Shown here: piece after piece, positions 1 through 11,353 of the stretch
Layout: every line of letters begins with the position of its first letter
How positions within the stretch are numbered: position 1 is the first letter of the stretch
Assembly: GCA_002269645.1 (NCBI GenBank)
Contig: NIVC01004800.1
Span: 1 to 34,854 of the forward strand
Source of the DNA: Macrostomum lignano
Lineage: Eukaryota
Direction of reading: 5' to 3'
Length of the DNA stretch: 34,854 bases
Notes under the pieces: generated by a model
What the model was told of the DNA's origin: nothing
The model's database searches: none
The model's input: the letters and a program-made list of their open reading frames with translations, nothing else
Program-made: the position numbers and the translations under genes

Positions 1-820
1 TCGTGTCGGCGTTGGCTAGCGATGACTCCAGTCAGTTCCAGTTCCAATTCCAATACCAGATTGGCCTGGCGGGATGAATTTGCCTCGTAATTCGAGTTGA
101 GACAAACCAGAAAGTTGTTTAATTTTTAATTATCAACTTTCTTTTTTGTTTCCAATTTGTGTGCTGGGCTTCTGATTCACTTAACTGCATGTTTTTATCT
201 TAAAGTTTAGCCTTTATTATTAAGATAATGCTTCTTCGTGCTTTTAGTCCTGTGGCAAAGTTATTGTGCTTTAATTCGTGATAGGCCTAGTGAAGAGTAG
301 TGATAGTTGACTTGTCTGACATCTGACTCTTGTCTTGACTATTTTCTTGACTGGATTTAGGTTAGCAATAAAAGTGAGTCCTTGACATTAGCCTAGTTAG
401 TACTAGTAGTAAGTTAGTAGTACTCAAGAAAGTTAATCATGGAAGAAGTATGGCTACATTTAAGAATATATCTAAATATACTAATCCTTATACTAAAAGT
501 GGTGCGATGTTTGTCTGTCTGTCTGTCTGTATGTAGCAAGTGAACTCCTACAATACTGCCAAGTCAGCGTCGAAACTTATATGGGAAAACTGCAAATTTA
601 ATTTAGAATTTTTTAGGCCTAATAAAGTGCCTTTTTTTCTCTGACTTCATCATTTTATTTATTTTAAATTAAAATATAGCTTTTGTCCTATACTAGGCCT
701 ATACCTAGGCGGCTAGGCCCCATAGGGCTTTACTTTGTCTTTTATAATAATTGCATTATAGTCACTGATGTTGTGCTAATGGTTTACTACATATTTAGGC
801 CCTTATTAAATTCTTTACTT

Positions 821-932
821 GGCTATCCTGTAGTTTCGCACGTTAAATTATTACCCCCACCCCCCACCACCCTTGAATAGAAGGCGAAATAATTCCGTAA
901 AATAATTTAACGTGCGAAACTACAGGATAGCC
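821..932. mobile_element. 112-bp MITE, PIF/Harbinger(Tourist)-like
   Basis: Perfect 32-bp inverted repeats GGCTATCCTGTAGTTTCGCACGTTAAATTATT (821-852) and reverse complement (901-932). Flanked by 3-bp direct repeat CTT (818-820, 933-935). Superfamily inferred from the GGC terminus and 3-bp TSD. Confidence 0.75.
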
Positions 933-1599
933 CTTTATATTATCAATGTTGTAATAGTACTAATACTTCTATTTCAAAGCTGATAAGTATTAAGTGATAC
1001 TAAGTTATAATAAGGGTTTTATTGTTTTACTTTGTAATAGGGGTAAGTTTTCTTTCTATAAATTCACTGAAGCCACCTATAGTCAGCAAAGTGGCCTATA
1101 GGCCTACAATAGATTTCTTTGGTGTACATTGCTATGTTATACTTGGCTTGGTATATAGTCTCACATATAATAAAAGTATGGGTAACAAACTTAGCATGGT
1201 ATATATACTAGTGATATGAGTGTAAATTTTTACTTCACTTACGTGCTTTATATGTGAGTATAATTTTAACCAAATATAATTTTAACAAAAAGTAAGAATA
1301 GGCCTAGTAATATAAAAAGTTGAAAATGTTATTATTTTGTTTGAATAATTTTGAAAACATTGTTTATTATTACAAAACTTCCTAAACTAAAATTCAATTA
1401 GTATGGAATACAATAAATAAATCATTTGTTTTTTAAAAGAGACTAGGGCCAATATATATTTTTTAAATAAATGTTTCTTTTCATTTTTCTTTATATGATC
1501 TAGTGTATTCAGCTAAGTTTATTTTATTAGTTATCATTGCAATTTTGCTACGCTATTTTATTAATAAATTGTATTTTATCTGTCTTTCTATCTCTCTGT

Positions 1600-2580
1600 A
1601 GGAATTATGCCTCCTGAGGTGATTGGCGCTAGTCCCAGAGTGCCAAAAGGTTGTCTAGTAGAGTTATTTGCACCCTTTTCTCTAAAACTGAATCTTTAGT
1701 ACTAGACAATATAACTCAGAAAATTTTAAGACACAGTTGTTAAGTTAAACAACTTCTTTTTAGAAAATACTTTTTAGGGAAAATTTTGACAGGCTACACT
1801 TACATTTGTTGGTATATAATTAGCTATCCCAAAAATCATTCCGGTGTATACCTGCCATCTTCTTGACTATGGGATGCCACTAGTTATAACAGTTCTTTTT
1901 AGTTCTCTTAAATATCCACTTCTAACACCAATTGTAATAGGGATATTATCCTATCTTTAGAATTTCATAGCTATCCTTAAAGTTATAATAGGGCTTTTTA
2001 AATAACCATTGTTCATTTGTTTCTATGAATTTGATAATTTAAAGTATATCACATTTCTGATAATGGTCCAATATATTATAGTAATAGGGCCCATTCTATA
2101 AAGCCATTGTAAGATAAGATCATTCTTAGATCCTATCTCTGCAATGTAAAAGTTCCGACATACAATTGAACTTATGCTACAATAGCTTTATATTATAGTA
2201 CAACCCCATAGTCTTATGACCTAAGCAGTTTTTTATAAGTACTAGTTTCTAATCTAGATATTACTGAGATTAGAGGTTATGCTACTACTCTTGATATATC
2301 TTTGCATAGACTTTTCTAACTCTTAACTCTCTTAATACATCTCTTAGCACTATTAGTAGGATTTGCTCTAAAACAAACAACAACTTTTTCAAACCCTAAT
2401 TGGCTTGCACTTCTCTTATGATCTTGGCTAGCTTTCTGCCTCCTATGTAGGAAAGCAGCTTGCAATTTTGTTTTTCTGAGACTCTAGATGCTACAATTAA
2501 GTCATCAAATCTATTTGACCAGACTGCTTACTGCTTGCTTAAGTCTTAAAAGTTATTTGATGAATTGAATAGCTTGGGTG
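1600..2580 (-). pseudogene. Heavily mutated retroelement remnant, possibly Gypsy-type gag
   Basis: Manual minus-strand translation from ~2570 gives PKLFNSSNNF*DLSKQ*AVWSNRFDDLIVASRVSEKQNCKLLSYIGG, resembling the W..RF...LL...GG motif of LTR gag N-termini. Many stops; boundaries are approximate. Confidence 0.3.
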
Positions 2581-3096
2581 ATGGTAGAAAAATAAAGTTT
2601 GCCATTGTGCTTGTCTGTCCAATGACTTGCAATGCCTATGTAGACAAGTCAATACTGCAATATAGTGTTAGACAGACATGAAAAAAACTCAAATGGCCAC
2701 TTGGACTTAGTAGGGCCAATTTATATATTTGGCTATGACTAGGGATTGACTATGACCACAGTCATAATCACAAAAACTGGGTATTGGAATAAAGTATTGG
2801 AATTAAGGTATTGCTGATACTTAAGTTTTGATATTGGACTTTCAGGTATTGGCAATACTTTTTTCAGAAAGAGTATCAGAGTATTGGTTTTCACCAATAC
2901 TTTTTTGAATATTTTGGCCAACACTGGGTGTGGCGCAGCGTTGCAAAGCAGTGGAGGCAATGGGAGGCTAAGAAGAGTGAATTGCTCCTCCTGTCCATCA
3001 TACTATTGTGGCACAATCCCTATTGGAATAAATGTTGAAAACCTATGGATGCACGCTTCAGAAGAGTCAAATTATTTTATTGTGCTTGAGGATTAT

Positions 3097-3410
3097 TAGA
3101 GATGTTCCAAAAAAGCATTTTATTTTTCTGTCAAAATCAAAATTTGCTAACTTTCCAAAATTGAAATTGAAATTTTCTGAAATCAATTTCAGAAAAACAA
3201 AGTTTAGTATGACCAACATTGACTTTTTTTACTTTTGATTTACTGTTTATACAAAACAAAATACATGTATAGATAGTAGAAATTAGTTTATTTTTAGCCA
3301 CTTTTTTAGACACCTCTAAAATTTTGACTTTTGAATTTTTTTAAATCAAAATTTGTTCCTAAAAATTCAAAATTTTGGAAAATCAAAATTGAAATTTTGG
3401 AACATCTCTA
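3097..3410. mobile_element. hAT-like MITE
   Basis: Perfect 16-bp TIRs TAGAGATGTTCCAAAA (3097-3112) and TTTTGGAACATCTCTA (3395-3410). Internal AAAATT/TCAAAATT subrepeats. Degenerate 8-bp flanks AGGATTAT/AGCATGAT (6/8). Confidence 0.65.
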
Positions 3411-3689
3411 AGCATGATAAATTACAAGTGTATAGGCCCCTTCCACAAAGGTATTAGACCCCCTTCCATGTCTATTTATTTGCTAGTGCAGCAGCCAGTA
3501 GGAAAGAGCAGCGCGTGCGCAAGTGCAGGCGCTATATGCCTAATGCTTGTGTTGCACTTTAGAAAATTTTCCTATCTAAGTAAGTTTTGCCTATAGGGGC
3601 GCAATTAGGGTAGGCATCCAGCATACCTAAGCCATGTATTGCAATAAGATCAGAAAGTGTTATATGAATCTAGTCAATTTCCTTTATTA

Positions 3690-5443
3690 CAAGGGGTGTC
3701 CAAAAAGTCTTAGGACTTTCTAGCATCACTCTTTTAATAGTCAGCAAGAGTAATAGCAACAGATTTATTTTATAGTGGCTTTACTTAAAAATAATGCAGT
3801 GAAAGAATTTTTAAAATACCACTAACTTTTCAAAAGTTATGCCTCCTTAACTGTAATGGGGTACTGCATCTCAATACATGAACAGGAACTTGGATGCTGC
3901 ATATGGAGCACTAGAAAATAGTAAGTCAGTTGTCTTTCAAAAATGTTCAAATGTATTCCTCAGTGGCAACTGAGACCTCAACATAGTCACCCTTCAGTTG
4001 GATGCATTTCTTCCACCAGGTAAGCATGTTATCAATGACATCTGCATACGCCTACCTTGGCATTTTGTGGACAAGAACCCATTGCACTTCCTGCTCAAGA
4101 ACAGTCATGGTTGGCATGAACTCTGCCCCTTAGAAGCTGCTTGAGTTTTGGAAAGATGGCAAAATCAGCTGGTATAGCAAATATGGTATATGAGGTAGGA
4201 GGTTGAATTGGATTTTGTTGTTTGCTTCGACCATCTTTTATGCAGTGTGGGGCTAAGCATTGTCATAATGGAGGAGCATTGGCTTTGTTGGAGTTCTCCG
4301 CTTGTTTGGGATATCCTTCTTCTGCTTCTTCAGCAAATTAATGTAATGGTCAGAATTGACAGTGGCATTTGGCTCCAGGAAGTCAATTGTCAGTGGCCTA
4401 TGACAGTCAAAAAAGAGCAACAGCATCACTTTCTGGCAATGGGTCTCACGTCAAGCCTTGGTGAAGGGATCAGTACCTTTCATTGTCCACACCTTAGACT
4501 CCTCCTTGGTCAAAGGGTCAAAGTGACCACCAGAGAATGGTAGATCCCCATCCTCCATGCTGATCAACCAGTGTCAGATTGCCTTGATAGGTCTGCTCTT
4601 GCTGCATCTTCATGTTAGGGGTGAGAATCCTCAGAACCCATCAAGCACTCAGTTTGATGAGATCCATGTTTTGCATGCAGAGATAGACAGTTGACTTTGG
4701 TATATCCAACTGGTCAGCAATCTCACAGATTGTCAATTGAGCATCAGTTTCAATGAGGTCTAGGATTTGATCTCCCAGAGTTTTGGAGGCAGATGCAGGA
4801 GATCATCCAGTTCTTGGCAAATCAGCCACATCTGTATGCCCAGCTTCAAACTCTTCAATCTAGCAGTACACTGTGCTCCTGGATACTGCTTCAGGCCCAT
4901 GAATTGTGCTCAGCTGTGTCAGAATTTCAGCACCATTCAACCTCATATGCCAAAGGGTATAGGCCAAGCAATGCTATGTTGTCTTTGAGTGGATATCCAT
5001 GATCCACAGATTGGGAAGAAATTTTGATAAACACTTGGCAACAAAGGCTTCAGCTGCATCTCAAAATGAGTCTCTTTCAAGGGCTGTTTTAGAGTGCAAT
5101 ACAAGTAGAAGCAAATGAAACTTTTACTCGTACCATAGATATAGAAAGACAGTGATGATATGGCATATGCTAAAGATTTTTTTGCACAAGTTTGAATTTT
5201 GTTAATTTCTATGAGATTTCAAAATTGTAGTTTAGTTCTAGTTCCTGTTCATGTATTAAGATGCAGTACCCCACTGCAATTAAGGAGGCATAACTTTTAC
5301 AAAAGAAAGTAGTATTTTCAAAATTCTTTCATTGTGTTATTTGTAAGTAAAGCCGCTTTGAAATAAATCAGTTGCTATTGCTCTTGCTAACTGCTAAAAA
5401 GAGTGATGTGAGAAAATCCTAAGACTTTTTGGATAACCCCCTG
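3690..5443 (-). mobile_element. Dead mariner (DD34D) transposon, copy 1
   Basis: TA dinucleotide on both sides. ~200-bp TIRs starting CAAGGGGTGTCCAAAAAGTCTTAGGA. Minus-strand transposase remnant: HFDPLTKEESKVW...HYDNA*PHTA*...LPHIPY..PADFAIFPKLK...WKKCIQLKGDYVE. Contains stops, a frameshift and an apparent deletion at the first catalytic D. Confidence 0.92.
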
Positions 5444-6769
5444 TACATTGACTAGGGTAAGAAGCAATTGTGAAAAGCAAACCAAAATTGCAACAAATTA
5501 ATCCATACGTAACACAGCCATATAATAAAAAAATAGTCAAACAATAAATATAACAAAACAAAGCTTGAAAATCAATAGAAATTACTAGACTTGGTAGTAT
5601 TAACACTAATAGTTCTGTGTTTAAATTAAAATGTATGTTATAAAAAATTCATAGTCACGCACAATTCACACACACTATAGTTCCAATCATGCACAAAAAA
5701 TCACAATCAGTAAATCCCTTGCTATGACTAATTGTATAATAAATTAATTATAAAGTGAGTAGTTAGCTATATATATTTGTATAGGGCAATGATAGTTCCA
5801 GACTAAGTGAGCAAAAGAGAGAGATAGAGGTAGATATACACTGTTCCATAGCAATGATCTGAATATGCATGTCCCTTACAAGAATTTCCTAGCCTTTAAG
5901 TTTTATATTGAAGACATTTAGGTGTACAATGATATTAGTCACCAAGGCTAGGCAAGCAAGCTATTTTGGGTCAGAAAAGCAGTCTGCATGGGGCAGATTT
6001 TTCTAGTGCAGAAATGTGGCAATATCCTGCTATAAGTCACATATGCAAGAAATCATTACCCCACAGCTTAGCTAGTAGACTTAGCAAAAGTAGACCTGGT
6101 AGGCAATAGTTAAGGCTACTAGAAAAGATAGAGTTGACAACTTTCATTATAATAAATGTTAAATTAGAAATTTTGGCAGACTTAATGCATAGGGCCTCTT
6201 GATAAATAATGCAGTGTATCTTTTCTATTAGCTGGATATAGCTAGCAGCCTTGCAGTGATAGCAATTATATAGTATCTTTCCTCTTCTTAGTCATTGCTA
6301 GGGCATTATTGGTTGTCACACAAGGCAAAAAAGGTCAAGTGAGTGCTGCTCGACACACTTAAGCATAGCATCAAATATTTCTTTGCTAGTGGTAATGCCA
6401 TGCAATGGGACAAGCTATAGAAACTTCTTATGAACCTTAAGTCAATAATGACTCCATGGATAAAAATAGCCAGCTAGGCTATATCTTTTATATCAGTGCT
6501 CTTATCAAAAGTGAAGATGAAGGCAACCAGATCAATGCAGTAGGTCTTTAGTAGGTCATGTATATTGTCTGACATCTTAATGTGCCATCAAATAGTATAG
6601 TATAAAAGGCATACACTCAAAAGCAGAATGCTATTCTAGATGGACAGAGTTTGCCAACAGAGTTTGCCACAATAACAAAGCACTCCTTGATGAAGTCCCT
6701 ATCTAAAAAAGGCTTTATCTAGCAAGCATAAAGGATTTTGTGTATAGGTCCTTGTACAAATCTATTCAG

Positions 6770-7943
6770 CAGTGTTGGGCAAGTTACTCAAAAAAAGTAA
6801 CTTGCGTTACTGTAACTTAAGTTACCACTTTTTAAAAAGTAACTTACATTAGCCTAGTAACTTTGAACAAAAACCCGGTAACTTTTAAGTTACTTCCGTT
6901 ACTTACTTCCGTTACCTATGTTATAAACAAAATTTTCTGCTTTTTTAACATTGCAAATGTGCTGGAACAGCACAAATGATCGCGAAAGCCAGAAGGAAAA
7001 ATACAACAAAATTAATTTCAGTAACTGTATTAAATTTTAATCACTTTAGGCCCTTTCCGTAAAAAGAAGAGAAGCTGAAGGTCAGAAATGTTAAAGGCAA
7101 AACGCAATTTAATTTTTAATAACATTATAAGTTATAATACACAAGGACAACTTAACGTAACTTCAGTTGTCCTTGATAATACATCGCTCGTAATAAGTAC
7201 CTGGCTTTACTCCACTCTACAGTCTGCTTTACTAGTCTTTTTATTTTCAATTATTTGAAATTTTTTTCAATTTTTTCAATTATTTTTCAATTCATTAATA
7301 TTAAATTATTGTGCAGTGCAGTGCAGTGCCAGTGGACTTTAGTGGTGTAGCCAGGGAGGCCGCCTTAACAATCGTTGGGGCGGCAACTTCACCCCACCTG
7401 CAAGACACCCCACCAGGGGGGGGGTGGGGTTGGGCGTGGCGGGTGCATGAGGCATGGCCAGCCAGGCCAACCCGCCCCCCCCCAATTAAAATTCCTGGCT
7501 ACGTCGATCACTGAGTGGATTTGTGGAGACTACAGATGAATTTCTTTCTTTGGTTGTTTGTTTCTAAGAACTAAACAAAATATTTTTATTAACTTAAAAA
7601 CGAAAAGCAAAAATATTTTACCAAAAATAACAAAGTAAAAACATGTTTCAAGTATTTCTTTATTAATTACAGCGTAATACCGTATAATATTATTCACTTA
7701 GTTTTGAATTTAAGAATGAAAAATGCTAAAAATGTGACAACTGGCGTAATAGCTAAGCATATCAGTTTTAAATTTAAATATTGCGATTGTTGCAAAGTAA
7801 CTGTAATGGACTTCCGAAATTTGAGTAACTTACCGTTACTCCGTTACCAAAATAGGAAAGTAACTTGCGTAAGGAACGCTTTACAAAAAAGTAACTTGCG
7901 TTACCATTTACAAGTTACTCGGTAACGGAAGTGCCCAACACTG
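6770..7943. mobile_element. hAT non-autonomous element (MITE)
   Basis: TIRs CAGTGTTGGGCA / TGCCCAACACTG. Perfect 8-bp TSD CTATTCAG (6762-6769, 7944-7951). Subterminal AGTAAC/GTTACT repeats at both ends. Confidence 0.92.
7340..7513. mobile_element. 174-bp mini-element of the CAGTGGCGTAGCCAGG-TIR family, nested in the hAT MITE
   Basis: Ends TAGTGGTGTAGCCAGG...CCTGGCTACGTCGATCACTG. Flanks AGTGGACTT / AGTGGATTT (8/9 direct repeat). Terminal parts match the ends of the 21912-23371 element. Confidence 0.75.
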
Positions 7944-8320
7944 CTATTCAGCATGCCTAAAAGTTAATTTCAGCAAATTTGTATATCCAATACTAACTTC
8001 AATTTTTGTCCAAGCTCCTTTATCAATGCCTGTAGGCAATAATTCTTTATAGGACAGCTTCAAAACACCCAGGTCCAAGACAATATTAATAATACATAAG
8101 TTCTTAGTTCTTACTTTTCATTTGCATGTATACATTGGACATTAGAAATTGGATAGTCAGTTAGTCATTTCTTAATCTTATATGCTTGCAAGCAAAAAGA
8201 CAAATAATTTTTACTTTACTAAATTTATGTTAAACAAAATATTTCAAAAAAAATTATTTGAATTGCTAAAGCAGTAAAAAACTAGAAAAATCATATGAAG
8301 AGCAAATAAAAAGTGTAGTA

Positions 8321-10049
8321 TGATTGGTGTCCAAAAAGTAGTGGGACTTTTCAACATAGTTCATAGCTAGAGTCAGATACATAAATGGCATTGACATTTT
8401 ATGAAAGTGGCTTTATCTATCTATGCAATAAATTTTGAATTATGTTAATATCTACTAGAATTCAAAAGTTATGAGCAATTTAGTGCAGTTCCCCAGGGTT
8501 CAACTTATAGAAACTTTTAACAGGTAGTTGTAAAGCAAAGCATGGCAACAAATCTATCAGATGCAAGTCCTTTGAAAGTCTTCTTAACAACAAACTCAAA
8601 TGTCCTTCTCATTAGGGATAGAGACCTTCTCTATGTAGTCGCCTTTGCAGCTAATGCACCTCTCCCTAGCGAGTATGCAGTGAATCAATTGCATATGCAT
8701 ACTACTCCTTAGGAATTGCATAAACAAGGATGAATCAAACCTCTTCTTCAAGGCAATGGCAATTGGCATAGACTTTGCCTTGTAGCAGCTCCTTCAGTTT
8801 TGGAAAAAGATCAAAGTCGGCTGGTACCAAGTCAGGCAAGTAGGGTGGGTCGAGCTTCATGCCTTGAATTGCCTCCATTGTCCTCAAGGCCATGTGCAGT
8901 CAGGCATTGTCATGGTGGAGCACTGATGGTTTGATTCCACTGCACTGTTTATTGTGGATGTCAGCCTTGAGCTTCTTCAGAGACAAGATGTAGTGCTCTG
9001 CAATGACAGTTGTGTTTGGCTCTAGAAAGTTGATAGTCAGAGGGCCATGGCAATCAAATAAAAGCAGCAGCATCAGCTTCTGGCAATGAGCTTCTTGACA
9101 AGCTTTGATTGGAGGGTTGGAGCCCCTTATCGCCCAGACCTTTGACTCTTCTTTTGTTGTGGGGTTGAAGTGAGGCAGCCAGGTTTCGACACCTGTGACA
9201 ATGAGCTGTCAAAAGGCCTCCCACCTTCCTTGCTCTTCGACAAACCTGAGATTGCTCTTGCATTTGTTCTGTTGCTGTGCTTTCATTTCCAGGGTAAGAA
9301 GCCTCGGAACCCACGGCACTGAGCTTGACAAGATCCATGCTGCAGATGCAATGATGGACTATGGACTTTGGCATATCTAGTCTGTCAGCAATTTCCCTGA
9401 TGATAAGGCAAGCATTGTCTTCAAATAGGCCCAAAATTTGATTGCTCAGAGTCTTGGATGCAGATATCTTTAGCCAACCAGATTTTGGCAATGCCGCCAC
9501 ATTGGTTCAACCAGCTTCAAACTCTTCAATCCACCAGTAAACCATGCTCTTGCTTACTGCATGCTGTCCATGGATATGCTGCAGTTTATTTAAAATATCC
9601 AATCTATTGTGTCAAAGGCTCCATAGAGTAAAAATGGCATGGTGCTACCCTTCTTTTGAGTGGATGTCCAACATGTTAGCACAAACTTTGTTGCTTCAGA
9701 AGCGCAAGTTGACAAGATGTCTGGCTGAGCTGTGATGTCAATGTAAAGCTTAGTATCGCCTGGCTTTGATGATGCTGCATGTATTCATAGTTTTGGTGTT
9801 CAGTCCATAGACATGCATTACTATATCTGTAGGCATCATTGTATAAATTGTGTACATTTTCTGTAGGTTATTCCCTAGGGAACTACACTAAATTGCTCAT
9901 GACTTTTGAATGCCAGTAGATATTGACACAATTCAAAATGTATTGCATAGATAGATAAAGCCACTTTCATGAAATGTCAATGCCATTTATGTATCTGACT
10001 CTAGCTATGAACTACATTGAAAAGTCCCACTACTTTTGGACACCCCTTG
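8321..10049 (-). mobile_element. Dead mariner transposon, copy 2 (related subfamily)
   Basis: TA flanks (8319-8320, 10050-10051). TIRs 8321-8498 and 9873-10049. Remnant includes an HTH region (ORF 9054-9500), IVTGVETWLPHFNPTTKEESKVW, HHDNA*LHMA, PPYLPDLVPADFDLFPKLK and RCISCKGDYIEK. Confidence 0.92.
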
Positions 10050-11353
10050 TAATATGCTTTAATTTAAAAAGATATAAACAAAAGCTTTTAATTAGTATTG
10101 AAAAAGATATATTTTATATCTGTAATATATTTCTATTAACATAAACCATTTTTAAGCAACAAATTTTTTTTGCTAATAAAACTAAATCAACATTAAATAG
10201 ACAATTTTTGAAAATTGGACATTAATAACAGTCAGTTTGAGTATGTATGTAGTCTTTAAAACACCTTTAGAAGATGGCCTACACCACTGTATATGTTCAG
10301 TTTCTTAATTTGCAAAGCTTCAAGTATAGATCAGTTTAAAGAGTTTTTATGGTCTATAATGTTAACTAAATCAATTAGCTTACTCATTTAACACTTATCA
10401 TAACTGAGCAGGTGTTTATATATAGCTGAGTTTTTTAGCCACTTTTATTTGGCCCTGTTATATATACATCTTTTGTTTTCCCAACATAAAACCCTGTAAA
10501 AATAAGCTAGTACTATATCACTAATATAAGCATTTGCAAGCAAAATGCCAGCCAGTTATTCTTGCAGTTTGCCACAATTTTGCTAGGATTTAGTTACCTT
10601 TTAATTTTCTTTCTGAATGCAATTTTATTAATTTAATCTATAAAGCTTTTTTAAATGATCAATAGTATTATTTGTTGTATTGTATAAGCCTTGTATTTCT
10701 TTTTATATGAAGATTAAAACTCTATTAATATTTCTTTGTATGAAAAATAAAGCTTTAAAGAATAAATAAGACTGCTATTCTTTTTGAAGCTGAAAAAGAT
10801 CAGATTGTTTTTTTCTGAAATCAATCGCATACCTAGATAGATAGATACCAATAGACCATTTTTAGTATATGGACAAGCAAGATTTTCATTTTTACAAGCT
10901 AGTATATGGAAATGTTTTATTAATAAGCAGCCTTATATATGTATGTAAATATGAAAATATGACAAAATGCAATGTTATATGCTGAATTGGTATAAACCAT
11001 GTCACTATCAAACAACTTTGATATAATGTAGTTTAATGTTGAATAGTTAATTGTAATTCTGAAGACTGTTTAAGAGTGATTAAGGTTGTTTAGGACAATT
11101 TATAGACACTGGTTAAGCATATGCTGCACTGAAATGGAACTTAATAAATTGTACACAGTATGTATATTAAAAAATGTGCATTATTTGCAGAAAATACATG
11201 AATGAAAAATCCCTAAATGTCATCAAACTTTATGCAGTTTTTTTATTTTCCTAAGTGTTCTTATCATTTGCATTATCAGCACTGGTCTTATCATTACTTG
11301 ATATAATGGCTGCAATATGCTAGGAAGCCTGGCTAAGACAATCAGTGGAAGAG

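Larger units (their letters stand above)
5840..8100 (-). pseudogene. Dead hAT transposase, Charlie/SPIN/GTF2IRD2-EPM2AIP1 type, interrupted by the 6770-7943 MITE
   Basis: Manual minus-strand translation gives KPFLDRDFIKECF, FTFDKSTDIKDIA*LAIFIHGV (family consensus ~LDESTDIxDxAQLAIFIRGV), IHCIIYQEALC and SDPK*LACLALVTNIIVHLNVFNIKLKG. Element ends not identified. Confidence 0.8.

Noticed and set aside
1-90. GC-richer start that could be the 3' end of a CDS (frames ending ...IGLAG* or ...RDEFAS*)
   Set aside because: Too short, and no recognisable motif to choose a frame.
2663-2926. Possible hAT MITE (TAGTGTTAG ... CCAACACTG with GTATTGG subrepeats)
   Set aside because: The ends match over only ~9 bp with no TSD; they may belong to different fragments.
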